Below, in pieces: positions 42,928-51,954 of a stretch of 57,529 bases of DNA. The notes under the pieces were generated by a model. The model was not told the DNA's origin. It saw nothing but the letters and a program-made list of their open reading frames with translations, and ran no database searches. Position 1 is the first letter of the stretch. Every line of letters begins with the position of its first letter. The translations under genes and the position numbers were made by a program. Source of the DNA: Candidatus Firestoneibacteriota bacterium. GTDB taxonomy: Bacteria > Oederibacteriota > D2-FULL-39-29 > CAIOVX01. The DNA lies in contig CAITPB010000233.1 in the NCBI GenBank assembly GCA_903894145.1, positions 1 to 57,529 on the forward strand, given 5' to 3'.

Positions 42928-43986
42928 TTAGAGCCTGATGCTTGCCCTGGGGTCCTCTTTGCTCTCTTTTTTTAGTTCCTCAAAAAGAGCTTTGGCTTTG
43001 GCTGTCAGCGTTTTTGGAATTACCGCTTTTACGCGCGCGAGCAGGTCTCCTTTAACGCCGGCCCCTCCTGCAAGGCCCTGTCCCTTCAGGCGGAAAACAG
43101 AGCCGTTCTGGGTATTAGCCGGTATCTTTAACGTTACTTTACCTTTGAAAACCGGAATGTCAATAGAGGCGCCCAAGGTTAGTTCATGCAGCGCAACCGG
43201 CACCTCGCAGTGAAGGTCGTCTCCTTTCACTTCAAAAAAGCTGTGAGGTTGTATTTTTACTATCAGGAAAAGATCTCCTTTTGAACCTCTTCCGGAAGGG
43301 TTTCCCTGCCCGGCAATCCTGATCTTTGAACCATTTTTAATTCCCGCAGGAATCTTAACCGTAAGGCGTTTTGCGTTTGAGGTTCTCCCTGCACCGCCGC
43401 ATGCTGGACAAGAGTCGTTCCTTGAGACCCTTCCTTGTCCTCCGCAGGATTCGCAGTCTTCATTCACCGAGAGTTGGAAGGTCTTTTCCCCGCCAAGGAA
43501 GGCTTCTTTGAGGTCAAGTTCAATATTGGCTTCAACATTTGAATTCCCGCCGTAGGACTGCTGCTGGCGTCGTCCTTCCGCGTTTCCAAGATTGCCGCCG
43601 AAGAAGGTTCTGAAGAAATCCGAAAAACCGCCTGCCCCTTCTCCGCCAAACATGTCTTCGTCGAACTGGAAGCCGCCTAAATCCCCCCGGCCACCGGAGG
43701 AGTACTGCGGCCTTCCGCCTGAATGTTCCGGTTGCCCCTGTTGCCCGGCGTATTGCTGCCAGTTATTCCAATCTGAACCCAAATTGTCATACTTGGAACG
43801 TTTGCCGGCGTCCGATAGAACCTCGTAGGCTTCGTTAATCTCCTTGAACTTTTCTTCAGCGCGTTTGTTACCTGGATTTAAATCCGGATGAAATTTTCTC
43901 GCGAGTTTTCGGTACGCGTCTTTTATGTGTTTTTCGTCGGCTTTCTTATCAACCCCGAGTGTTTTATAATAATCTTTGTAGTCCAT
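42928..43986 (-). CDS. DnaJ/CbpA-family J-domain co-chaperone
   Basis: J domain with HPD (KFHPDLNP), a G/F-rich linker, only two CxxCxGxG zinc repeats ([16 protein letters not shown]), and a C-terminal substrate-binding domain. Confidence 0.88.
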   Translation of the reverse strand: MDYKDYYKTLGVDKKADEKHIKDAYRKLARKFHPDLNPGNKRAEEKFKEINEAYEVLSDAGKRSKYDNLGSDWNNWQQYAGQQGQPEHSGGRPQYSSGGRGDLGGFQFDEDMFGGEGAGGFSDFFRTFFGGNLGNAEGRRQQQSYGGNSNVEANIELDLKEAFLGGEKTFQLSVNEDCESCGGQGRVSRNDSCPACGGAGRTSNAKRLTVKIPAGIKNGSKIRIAGQGNPSGRGSKGDLFLIVKIQPHSFFEVKGDDLHCEVPVALHELTLGASIDIPVFKGKVTLKIPANTQNGSVFRLKGQGLAGGAGVKGDLLARVKAVIPKTLTAKAKALFEELKKESKEDPRASIRL

Positions 43987-43997
43987 GAATCCCTCTT

Positions 43998-44495
43998 TTA
44001 CCTGAAATTCGTAAACTGGAGCGGAACACCGAAGTCTTTGGCCCGAAGCGCCGCCATAACTGCCTGAAGATCATCCTTGCTCTTGCTGACAATCCTGAGT
44101 TGCTCGCCCTGTATTTGCGCGTTAACTTTGAACTTCGCATCGCGTATATATTTTGTGATTTCTTTAGCCTTTTCCTGAGGTATGCCTTCTTTAAGAGTTA
44201 TCTTCTGCCTGACGGTCATGTTACCTGAGGGCTCAATTTTCCCCGCATCAAAAGATTTTTCGGAGATACCTCTTTTGATAAGTTTGGATTCAACTATGTC
44301 CCAGAGGCTTTTCATTTTGAACTCGTCGGCTGCCAGGAGGTTTATCTCTTTCTTGACTTTGTCAAAAGTTATTTCCGCGGCGGAACCTTTGAAATCAAAC
44401 CTGTTTGCCAGTTCTTTCTGCGACTGGTTTATCGCGTTATCGGCTTCCTGCAAGTTTATTGAAGAAACGACATCATAAGAAAATTCATTTGCCAT
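43998..44495 (-). CDS. yajQ: YajQ family nucleotide-binding protein
   Basis: I moved the start to 44495 ([11 protein letters not shown]...). The track's 29-aa extension overlaps the rodZ 3' end. Confidence 0.85.
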   Translation of the reverse strand: MANEFSYDVVSSINLQEADNAINQSQKELANRFDFKGSAAEITFDKVKKEINLLAADEFKMKSLWDIVESKLIKRGISEKSFDAGKIEPSGNMTVRQKITLKEGIPQEKAKEITKYIRDAKFKVNAQIQGEQLRIVSKSKDDLQAVMAALRAKDFGVPLQFTNFR

Positions 44496-45210
44496 TTTCG
44501 GCCCCCTGTCTCCGTAAAGTAAAGTCTTTAATGCTTTTGCCTTTGTGCGGCCCAAAGTCAACCGGTTTGCCGTCAAGCTCAAACTTGACAGCGTCTTTAT
44601 TGCCGATGTTCACAAGAACAAATTCATTGCTTGCTTCCCATTTCTTCTGGTCTCCGGCCTTCAGCAGCATTTTGTTAAGCGGTTCATTGTCGCTCACTAT
44701 TTCAAACCAGCATTCATCCGTGACATCAGCTGTCAGCACCATCCGCGGCTGCCCTGAACCGGAAGACGCCGTTTGAGCGCCCGCTGCTCCCTTCGAGCTG
44801 CATTGCCTGATACCGAGAAACGTCAGTATTATGAAAATCAGGGAAAGGGCGATAAGCGCCCGGAACTTGACTTGTTCCGTAATCTTGAATCCCGCTCTTT
44901 TCCTGAACGGTAAATGGAAGGTTTCCCTGGTAAATTCATCTTCAGGTTCAATTGCCGGTGTTACTGTGGTATCGCCTTTGAGTTCCCTGTAAAGCAACAT
45001 CAATTCATCGCCGTTAAGGCCAAGATGTTTTGCATAGGTTCTCAGGAAGGCCCTTTCGTAAGTAGGACCCGGAAAACCGGTAAAGTCGTTACGCTCCATC
45101 CCTTCAAGAAATTTTAGCGGAATTCGGAGCTCATCCGAAATCTTTTCAAGGGTAAATCCTTTGGCCTCTCTTTCAAGCTTTAGTTTGTGTCCTAACAGGT
45201 TCTCGTTCAT
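44485..45210 (-). CDS. rodZ: RodZ-like cytoskeleton protein (HTH, TM segment, C-terminal DUF4115-like domain)
   Basis: N-terminal XRE-type HTH LGHKLKLEREAKGFTLEKISDELRIP, one TM segment (ALIALSLIFIILTFLGI), and a beta-rich C-terminal domain. Confidence 0.8.
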   Translation of the reverse strand: MNENLLGHKLKLEREAKGFTLEKISDELRIPLKFLEGMERNDFTGFPGPTYERAFLRTYAKHLGLNGDELMLLYRELKGDTTVTPAIEPEDEFTRETFHLPFRKRAGFKITEQVKFRALIALSLIFIILTFLGIRQCSSKGAAGAQTASSGSGQPRMVLTADVTDECWFEIVSDNEPLNKMLLKAGDQKKWEASNEFVLVNIGNKDAVKFELDGKPVDFGPHKGKSIKDFTLRRQGAENGK

Positions 45211-45252
45211 TTTTTCTCCCTAGCAAAAGATTTCGCCTTCAGACCAAGGTCT

Positions 45253-45906
45253 TCATTTAAGCGCGTCAACTACAGTTGTCCCTTCAGGCGGCGTAAACTC
45301 AAAGAGCCGATCGTTGGCGGCGCCGTTGATCCTTATATTGCTGAATTTAATAAAAACAAAGCTTGTTTCTGAATAATAAACCGTTATTTTTTCCGGAAGC
45401 CAGGTGTTGCGGTCTACCAGGAAAACCACTTTTCTGAAATCCGGTTTCGTTGACTTTGGAACAGACTCTATTGAAACCAGGTTTTCAGAACCCTGGCTAC
45501 TTGTAATTGTATTCGTAAAATCGCGCCGCAAGGTTGAAAGAAATCTCGAGAAACCAAATAGTATATTTTCGCGGTTCTTGACATCCTTCACGTCCTGCGT
45601 GACCGCCTGCTTCATGGAAGGCATGTAAATCCAGACTCTACTGCCATCACATTTTACCAGTTGTTCTTCAGGTTCTTTGTATTCAATAGAGAACTTATCC
45701 GGTTTTTTCAAAGTGAGCCTGCCTTTCATAACCGCAGGGTCGGACAGATCTGAATAAGTAGTCTGTTCTATTTCGGCGCTGAAAACAGCCACTTTATGGG
45801 AAAACATAGTCTCAAAATATCCTACGGCTTCATCTCCAGTCATAGCGGTCAACTGAAGAGACAAGAATAGAAACGGCAGGATAAATTTAATATTATTTCG
45901 GGCCAT
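45253..45906 (-). CDS. lolA: Outer-membrane lipoprotein carrier protein LolA
   Basis: Signal peptide and a LolA-like length of 217 aa. It lies directly downstream of ftsK, as in many diderm bacteria. Confidence 0.75.
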   Translation of the reverse strand: MARNNIKFILPFLFLSLQLTAMTGDEAVGYFETMFSHKVAVFSAEIEQTTYSDLSDPAVMKGRLTLKKPDKFSIEYKEPEEQLVKCDGSRVWIYMPSMKQAVTQDVKDVKNRENILFGFSRFLSTLRRDFTNTITSSQGSENLVSIESVPKSTKPDFRKVVFLVDRNTWLPEKITVYYSETSFVFIKFSNIRINGAANDRLFEFTPPEGTTVVDALK

Positions 45907-47980
45907 TAGTCTTTAAAAGCTCTTCTATCTTCTCATAATAAATGTCTCGGGGCTTTGAACCCTGGGACGGTCCGATTAATCCGTTTGTTTCCATAATACT
46001 GATAAGATTCGCGGCTTTGCCGTCGCTGACATGAAGCGCGCCTTTAAGCAGATTGGCCGAAGCTCTTTTTCTTTCTTTGACGACAATCAGCGCTTTGCGG
46101 AACAGTCCTTCATCGTCGCCTGTTTCATCAAAACCGGAAGCCGCCGGCGCTGTTTCAATCTGGAAGTATTCCGGTTTTGCCTGGCTCTTCCAGGAATCCA
46201 TTACCTTTTTTACTTCTCCGGAAGACACATACGGGCACTGAACCCTTAATGGTTCTGGGAACGACGCCAGCGAGAAGAGCATATCTCCCTTGCCCAGAAG
46301 ATTCTCGGCCCCCCCGGTATCAAGAATGACGCGCGAGTCTGTCATTGAAAACACCTGTAACGCTATTCTTGAGGGGAAGTTTGCTTTAATTACTCCTGTG
46401 ATTATGTCCGCGGAAGGGCGTTGCGTGGCGAATACAAGATGTATTCCGACCGCGCGCGAAAGTTGGGCCAGCCGGGTGATTACTTCCTCAACCTGCCTGG
46501 CTTCGAGGAGCATAAGGTCAGCAAGCTCATCAATTATCACAACAATGTAAGGCATTTTGACATCCGAAGCCGCGTTATAAGACGCGATGTCGCGGGCGCC
46601 AATTTCGGAAAGCCTCGTGTATCTGTTGTGCATTTCGTAACTTACGGCATTCAGGGCCTGTGTGGCCTTTTTAGTCTCAGTTATTATAGGGGTATATAGA
46701 TGCGGTATGTCCCGGTAGAGGCTGAATTCGACGCGCTTTGGGTCTATCAGCAGCAGCTTGAGTTCGGCCGGATTGAATCTGTAAAGCAGGCTCATGATGA
46801 TGGTGTTGAGACAGACGCTTTTCCCGGATCCTGTAGCTCCCGCAACCAGAAGATGGGGCATCTCAGCCAGGTCGGAGATTACTGCTTTCCCGTCTACGGT
46901 TTTGCCTATAACCACAGGCATCTTGCCGTTGGAATTTGTGAACTCAGAGTCTTCAAGCATTTCACGGAGGCTTACTATTACGGGATTCTTATTGGGCACT
47001 TCTATGCCTACGGCGCCGACGCCCGGAAGCGGAGCGATTATTCTGATTCTGGTCGCCTTCAGGTTAAGCGCCAGGTCGTTTTGCAGCGCCGATATCTTGC
47101 TGACTTTAGTTCCGGCGTCCGGCTTAAGCTCGAACCTGGTTATAACCGGACCTGAAACCGCATTGGTAACTTTTACCTTTATGTCAAAAGTGGCAAGAGT
47201 TTTTTCAATTATCTCCGAATATCGTTTTATGTCCTCTTCAGAATTAACCGGCTTAGGTTTTTCATTCAACAAATCTACCGTTGGAAGTTCAAAGGATATT
47301 TCTCCGGGAGCCTTTTTCCCCGCCGGCTCCTTCTTTTTTTCCAGTTTTGTTTCTTTCTGCGGTTTTTCCTGTCGTGGTGAAGCGTCAGGTATCCTGGGGA
47401 TTACTATTGCGCTTTTGTCGGCTCCGGCCGGAGGTTTTTCGTCTTTCCTCTGTCGGGCTGAAACAGCAGCAGCTGAAGGCTGCTTGAATAATTCTGCAAG
47501 CCAGGCGTAACAGCGGGCGAGGATTCCTTTAGCGTGATTGTCAAATTCAAGAAGGTAAATGCCGAGAACAAGCGAAAGGAAAGCTATAAAACCTGCGCCC
47601 AGGGTCCCCGTGTAATTTACAAGGAAACCGCCGAGTAAAATCCCGAACTGGTCATTATCGCTGAGATCGCTGATACAATTTACGTTCATTATCTTGTCAA
47701 TTCCAAAGAGAAACTGGAAGACACAAAGGCCTGCAAGTATAACAAATAAACCTGCCCCTTTCAGCTCACGCTTATCAATTTTTTCGGCCTTGAAAGCGTA
47801 AATGCCTATGACGGCAAACAAGACAGGAAACAGGAAGGAAACATAGCCGAAAAGAAGGTAAAAAGCGGAACGCAGGTACTTACCGAAGACACCAAGGATA
47901 TCAAAAGGTACCAGCGCGGTGAAAAGAAAGAGCGCCGAAGCGACCCATAATATTCCCTGAAATTCGTTCTTCTTCTTCAT
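45893..47980 (-). CDS. ftsK: DNA translocase FtsK
   Basis: I moved the start to the ATG at 47980 (GAGGAAAA SD). N-terminal TM segments, a Pro/Lys linker, motor domain VAGATGSGKSV, and a C-terminal gamma winged-helix domain. Confidence 0.95.
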   Translation of the reverse strand: MKKKNEFQGILWVASALFLFTALVPFDILGVFGKYLRSAFYLLFGYVSFLFPVLFAVIGIYAFKAEKIDKRELKGAGLFVILAGLCVFQFLFGIDKIMNVNCISDLSDNDQFGILLGGFLVNYTGTLGAGFIAFLSLVLGIYLLEFDNHAKGILARCYAWLAELFKQPSAAAVSARQRKDEKPPAGADKSAIVIPRIPDASPRQEKPQKETKLEKKKEPAGKKAPGEISFELPTVDLLNEKPKPVNSEEDIKRYSEIIEKTLATFDIKVKVTNAVSGPVITRFELKPDAGTKVSKISALQNDLALNLKATRIRIIAPLPGVGAVGIEVPNKNPVIVSLREMLEDSEFTNSNGKMPVVIGKTVDGKAVISDLAEMPHLLVAGATGSGKSVCLNTIIMSLLYRFNPAELKLLLIDPKRVEFSLYRDIPHLYTPIITETKKATQALNAVSYEMHNRYTRLSEIGARDIASYNAASDVKMPYIVVIIDELADLMLLEARQVEEVITRLAQLSRAVGIHLVFATQRPSADIITGVIKANFPSRIALQVFSMTDSRVILDTGGAENLLGKGDMLFSLASFPEPLRVQCPYVSSGEVKKVMDSWKSQAKPEYFQIETAPAASGFDETGDDEGLFRKALIVVKERKRASANLLKGALHVSDGKAANLISIMETNGLIGPSQGSKPRDIYYEKIEELLKTNGPK

Positions 47981-48051
47981 TTTTCCTCGAATTACACAGA
48001 TTCGGAGCAAAACTCAGAAAAACATTGAAGTATTAGTGAGTTTACAGTTCC

Positions 48052-48080
48052 ATAATATCAAAGGAGGCAATGGTTGTCAA
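48052..48080 (-). promoter_or_regulatory. Sigma70 promoter, TTGACA-17 nt-TATTAT, for ftsK
   Basis: The minus strand reads TTGACAaccattgcctcctttgaTATTAT, about 70 nt upstream of the ATG. Confidence 0.7.
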
Positions 48081-48105
48081 CAAGCACATGGCCTTTTGGG
48101 CGGGT

Positions 48106-49299
48106 TTACCTGTAAAGAACGGTATACATCACCTTTCCGGAGCGTTTTATTACTATAAGGACGCCGTTATCCTGATTGGCTTTTGAAGTTATCCTGCGGA
48201 AATCATCCGTGTTGTTTATCTTCTGTTTGTCTGCTTCAATGACAAGGTCTCCTTCGTTAAGCCCGCTTGCTATCGCCCTGCTGTTCTGGTCAATTCCCGT
48301 GATTACAGTCCCTGCGGGTTCTGAAATGTCATATTTTGCTATGAGGTCAGGTGTGAGATTGGCTACATGAATTCCCATGAAAACTGCGCTGTTTTGTTTT
48401 CCTTCCCTGCCGGAAGGCCCGGCTGATTTTTCCGCTAAAGCGAGTTTTCTGCCGCTCTTCATCATTTCGTCAAGGGCTTCCCGGGCGTCATTTACAGGAA
48501 TAGCGAACCCTATGCCCGCGTATGAACCGGATGTGGAAACGATAGCGACATTAATCCCTATGACTTCGCCAAAAATATTAGCCAGCGGCCCTCCGGAATT
48601 TCCCGGGTTTATGGCGGCATCCGTCTGTATTAGATTGGGGAGTTTGCGCACTCCCGTTTCGTCGCTGTCTTCAAAGACCCGGCCAATTGCGCTCACAATG
48701 CCCGCGGTGACGGTATGGTCGTAACCAAAGGGATTCCCGACGGCAACCGCCCATTGTCCAACCCTGACTCTTGAGGAGTCGCCCAGCGCGGCTTTTACAA
48801 GTTTTCTGCCAGGATTGATCTTAATTAAGGCGAGGTCTCTGGCCTTGTCGGCTCCGGTGACTGTTCCGGTATAACTGCTTTTGTCGGAAAGGATAACCGT
48901 AATTTTTGTCATCTCTTTGATAACGTGGAAATTTGTAAGGATATACCCGTCTTCTGAAACGATTAGGCCTGTGCCGAGCCCCGTCCGTTTATATTGTTTT
49001 TCGCGCGGGCGTTGAAGCGCGTCATCGAAGTTGAAGAAACGGTCAAAAAGGTCGTTAAAGTTGTAGCCGTAGTAGCGGTACTTCAGCACCTGTTCAGTGC
49101 TGATATTTACTACGCTCGGGGCGAGTGTCTCTGAAACCGAGACAAAAGCATCCTGCAGGCTCTCTGCCTGACGAAGGCCTGGCGCATTCTTTCCCGAGGA
49201 AGAAAGGCCCAGTCCCGCAGCAATTGCCAGACCGGTAATAATTCCAACTGCGCCCAATATTGCCGCGCCTTTTTTTGACCTTTTAACTGTGTTTCTCAC
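48106..49299 (-). CDS. htrA: HtrA/DegP-family serine protease with one PDZ domain
   Basis: GTG start. Catalytic triad context TNFHV, DLALIK and GNSGGPL. C-terminal PDZ domain. Confidence 0.9.
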   Translation of the reverse strand: MRNTVKRSKKGAAILGAVGIITGLAIAAGLGLSSSGKNAPGLRQAESLQDAFVSVSETLAPSVVNISTEQVLKYRYYGYNFNDLFDRFFNFDDALQRPREKQYKRTGLGTGLIVSEDGYILTNFHVIKEMTKITVILSDKSSYTGTVTGADKARDLALIKINPGRKLVKAALGDSSRVRVGQWAVAVGNPFGYDHTVTAGIVSAIGRVFEDSDETGVRKLPNLIQTDAAINPGNSGGPLANIFGEVIGINVAIVSTSGSYAGIGFAIPVNDAREALDEMMKSGRKLALAEKSAGPSGREGKQNSAVFMGIHVANLTPDLIAKYDISEPAGTVITGIDQNSRAIASGLNEGDLVIEADKQKINNTDDFRRITSKANQDNGVLIVIKRSGKVMYTVLYR

Positions 49300-49300
49300 G

Positions 49301-50650
49301 CTATTTGAAATACCTCGGAAGATATCTCTTCTGCTTTACGAGCATTTCCTCAAGCAGGACTTCGGCGTTCTTAAAATCTTTAAGAAGCGGGTCTAGCATC
49401 AGGGCTTTCATCGCAAGTTTCCTGTCTCCTGTTATTGCGGAGTCGGCCGTAAGTTTATGGATGGCGCCCATCTTTCCGACAACTTCCGCTACAGGTTCCG
49501 GCAAAACGCCGAGAGTCAATGCTTTGAATCCAAACTGGCCGAAAACCGCCGGAATTTCAAGACAATAGTCGTCCGGCAGATTGCTGATGCAGCCGTTATT
49601 CAGGATGTTTACAGCGGGGTTTATATCGCCCTTGTTTCTGATTATGGACATCATTATGTTATGGGCTTCCTCTCCCGAAGGTTTGTCCATGTCCCAGGGG
49701 TCTTCAATTCTTGCTATCCATTTGCTCAGAAGTTTCTTTGCGTCAATTTTCTGCTTAATCGCCTTCTTGAAATCTCTTTGCTTGAGGCCGAAGTCTTTTC
49801 CATTTTTTGAGTTTGGGTCAAGGAAGTGCGGAAAAAATTCCACAATGTGATGATCGCCCGCTACCGGCATCATGCCGTACCATTTGAAAAGTTTCGCCGT
49901 AATATCCCAGTGTTCATGCAGGCGTTCCTGCTCCAGCCAGTCCTTGCTGTTTTTCCTTCCTGTTTTGGGTTTTGAGATGTGAGTGATGAAATCACCGTAC
50001 CAGGCAGCAGTCTTATTCTCCCCTTTCACCCAGACTTCTTTAACCCACGTAAAATGATTTGTGCCGGCGGCAAACACACTTATTTCTTTCTTCTCGGCGC
50101 CGTAAACCTTGCAGATCATTTCTTCAACTCCGCCGATGGCATGGCATAGACCGACGCACTTAATCTTGCTGTAGCGCTGAACTACTGAAGTTAACTGGCT
50201 CATGGGATTTGTGAAGTTTATAAGCCACGCGCCGGGGCAGAGTTTTTCCATATCTTTTACGATGACCATCAGCGCTTCTATGTTCCTGAAAGACCTTACC
50301 AGGGCGGAAGGGCCCATTGTGTCGCCGACTGTATTGCTGACGCGGTGCTTAACGCAAATCTTTCCAATCTCCATGTCGGCAAGTTCTCCGCCGACATTGA
50401 TGCAAAGCATTACATAATCCGCTCCAGCCAGAGCTTTTTTTCTGTCCGTGGTTCCCTCGACCTTTATGTTGGTGCCTGAGAGTTCATTCATTATCCTGCA
50501 GACTGCCGAGATGTATTTTATAGGTTCGGGATTAATGTCAAAAAGAACTACAGTTGAGTCTTTCAATTCCTCAATTTTGACCAGATCCTTGAAAACCCTG
50601 TGACAAAAAAGATAACTTGCGCCTACAAAAACTATTCTGTAATTCTTCAT
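49301..50650 (-). CDS. Glycoside hydrolase family 4 (NAD- and Mn-dependent glycosidase)
   Basis: 449 aa with GH4-like VGLCHAIGG (Cys-His) and FTNPMS segments. The N-terminal dinucleotide loop reads VFVGASYLF. Confidence 0.75.
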   Translation of the reverse strand: MKNYRIVFVGASYLFCHRVFKDLVKIEELKDSTVVLFDINPEPIKYISAVCRIMNELSGTNIKVEGTTDRKKALAGADYVMLCINVGGELADMEIGKICVKHRVSNTVGDTMGPSALVRSFRNIEALMVIVKDMEKLCPGAWLINFTNPMSQLTSVVQRYSKIKCVGLCHAIGGVEEMICKVYGAEKKEISVFAAGTNHFTWVKEVWVKGENKTAAWYGDFITHISKPKTGRKNSKDWLEQERLHEHWDITAKLFKWYGMMPVAGDHHIVEFFPHFLDPNSKNGKDFGLKQRDFKKAIKQKIDAKKLLSKWIARIEDPWDMDKPSGEEAHNIMMSIIRNKGDINPAVNILNNGCISNLPDDYCLEIPAVFGQFGFKALTLGVLPEPVAEVVGKMGAIHKLTADSAITGDRKLAMKALMLDPLLKDFKNAEVLLEEMLVKQKRYLPRYFK

Positions 50651-50681
50651 GGACTCCTCCTGGTATTATTCCTGGCTGTTT

Positions 50682-51149
50682 TTACAGATTCCTGGAACTA
50701 AGTTCTTCGTCAAGCATCCTCAAGAAATACTCTATTCTTGCCAGCTCCAGCGCTTCCTGCGGCGTCATATTTGACCTGACAGTGTAGCGCAGCTTCTGTC
50801 TTATCATACCCTGAAGTACTTCGTCGCTTTCCGTCGCAACATGCAGAAACTTTACGGCGTCCCCTTCCACGCCGGCCCGGGTAACTTCGGCCAAAATATT
50901 AATTGCAGTTTCGGAACTTTGCAGGCGCAGGCTTATCTCTATTCGGTCTCCGGGTTTTAGCGCTTCGCCTGTCAAAAGCAACGCTCCTCCGCCGGAAATG
51001 TTCTTTGTCACGGCTTTTACTGTCCGGGCGAGAAGCTTCTTTAAAACGCCGCCTCCGTTGTCTTTTAGGACCTTGAAAGTTAATTCGAGATCTATCACCC
51101 ATCTCGGATACGCCCTTCGTTCTATTTGAATATCTCCGTCAGCCGACAT
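50682..51149 (-). CDS. PilZ-domain protein (putative c-di-GMP receptor)
   Basis: An RRAYPR motif followed by NISGGG (D/NxSxxG). I placed the start at the ATG at 51149, after an AGGAGAG SD; the track uses TTG at 51167. Confidence 0.7.
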   Translation of the reverse strand: MSADGDIQIERRAYPRWVIDLELTFKVLKDNGGGVLKKLLARTVKAVTKNISGGGALLLTGEALKPGDRIEISLRLQSSETAINILAEVTRAGVEGDAVKFLHVATESDEVLQGMIRQKLRYTVRSNMTPQEALELARIEYFLRMLDEELSSRNL

Positions 51150-51177
51150 ACTCTCCTGTTCTGACAAAGCTCAACTC

Positions 51178-51954
51178 TTATTTTGAAAGTTTCCTGACAA
51201 GTTCCGCGTGTATCCTTCCGTTGGAGGCCAGAGTTTCATCTCCAAAAATATCGAATTTCCCGCCGGAATAGTCGGACAGCCTTCCTCCGGCTTCCTGTAC
51301 GAGCAGGGCCGCTGCGGCAGTATCCCAGGGCTTTAGGCCCTGTTCGAAGAAGCCTGCAAAGACACCGGCCGCGACATAGCAGAGGTCAAGTGCTGCAGCT
51401 CCGCCGCGCCTGACCGGACCTGTCGAGGCTATTTTTTTAAACCAGTCGAACTGTTTTCCCTGTTTCAGGTAAATTGAGTAAGGAAAACCGGTGCCGGTAA
51501 GCGACTTTTTAAGTGAACTCTCTGAGGAAACAGTAAGCCTCTTTCCGTTTAAAAACGCTCCGCTTCCTTTAACAGCGGTGAAAAGTTCGTCTATATAGGC
51601 GGCATAAACCGCTCCTGCCACCGTGATACCATTCTGCTGAACTGCGACAGAAGAACAGTAGAGCGGGAAGCCATGCGCATAATTGACCGTCCCGTCAAGA
51701 GGGTCTATTATCCAGCGGTACTCTCCGGAAATGTTTTCTTCTCCCGATTCCTCAGCGAGAAATCCGTGAGCCGGGAAATTATTGCGAATGATATTCTTGA
51801 TAACTTTCTCGGATTCCACGTCAGCTTTTGTTACAATATTCGTGACATGTTCCTTAAAACCGTAGCTTTTAAGTTTCCTGAAATACTTTAGATGTACCTT
51901 CCCTGCTTCAGTAGCGGCTTTTACAGCAGTTTTCAGCAGCTTATCTCTTGTCAT
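51178..51954 (-). CDS. suhB: Inositol monophosphatase family protein
   Basis: WIIDPLDGT and AEESGEE motifs. I moved the start to 51954 (MTRDKLLKTA). The track's 57-aa extension lies out of frame inside the upstream gene's tail. Confidence 0.85.
   Translation of the reverse strand: MTRDKLLKTAVKAATEAGKVHLKYFRKLKSYGFKEHVTNIVTKADVESEKVIKNIIRNNFPAHGFLAEESGEENISGEYRWIIDPLDGTVNYAHGFPLYCSSVAVQQNGITVAGAVYAAYIDELFTAVKGSGAFLNGKRLTVSSESSLKKSLTGTGFPYSIYLKQGKQFDWFKKIASTGPVRRGGAAALDLCYVAAGVFAGFFEQGLKPWDTAAAALLVQEAGGRLSDYSGGKFDIFGDETLASNGRIHAELVRKLSK

Noticed and set aside
44496-44582. Upstream extensions of yajQ (44496-44582), suhB (51955-52125), ftsK (47981-48010), pilZ (51150-51167), HU (29128-29136) and the lolB-like gene (26957-26962).
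   Set aside because: In each case an internal ATG with a properly spaced SD yields the family-typical N-terminus. The extension overlaps the upstream gene or abuts the SD.
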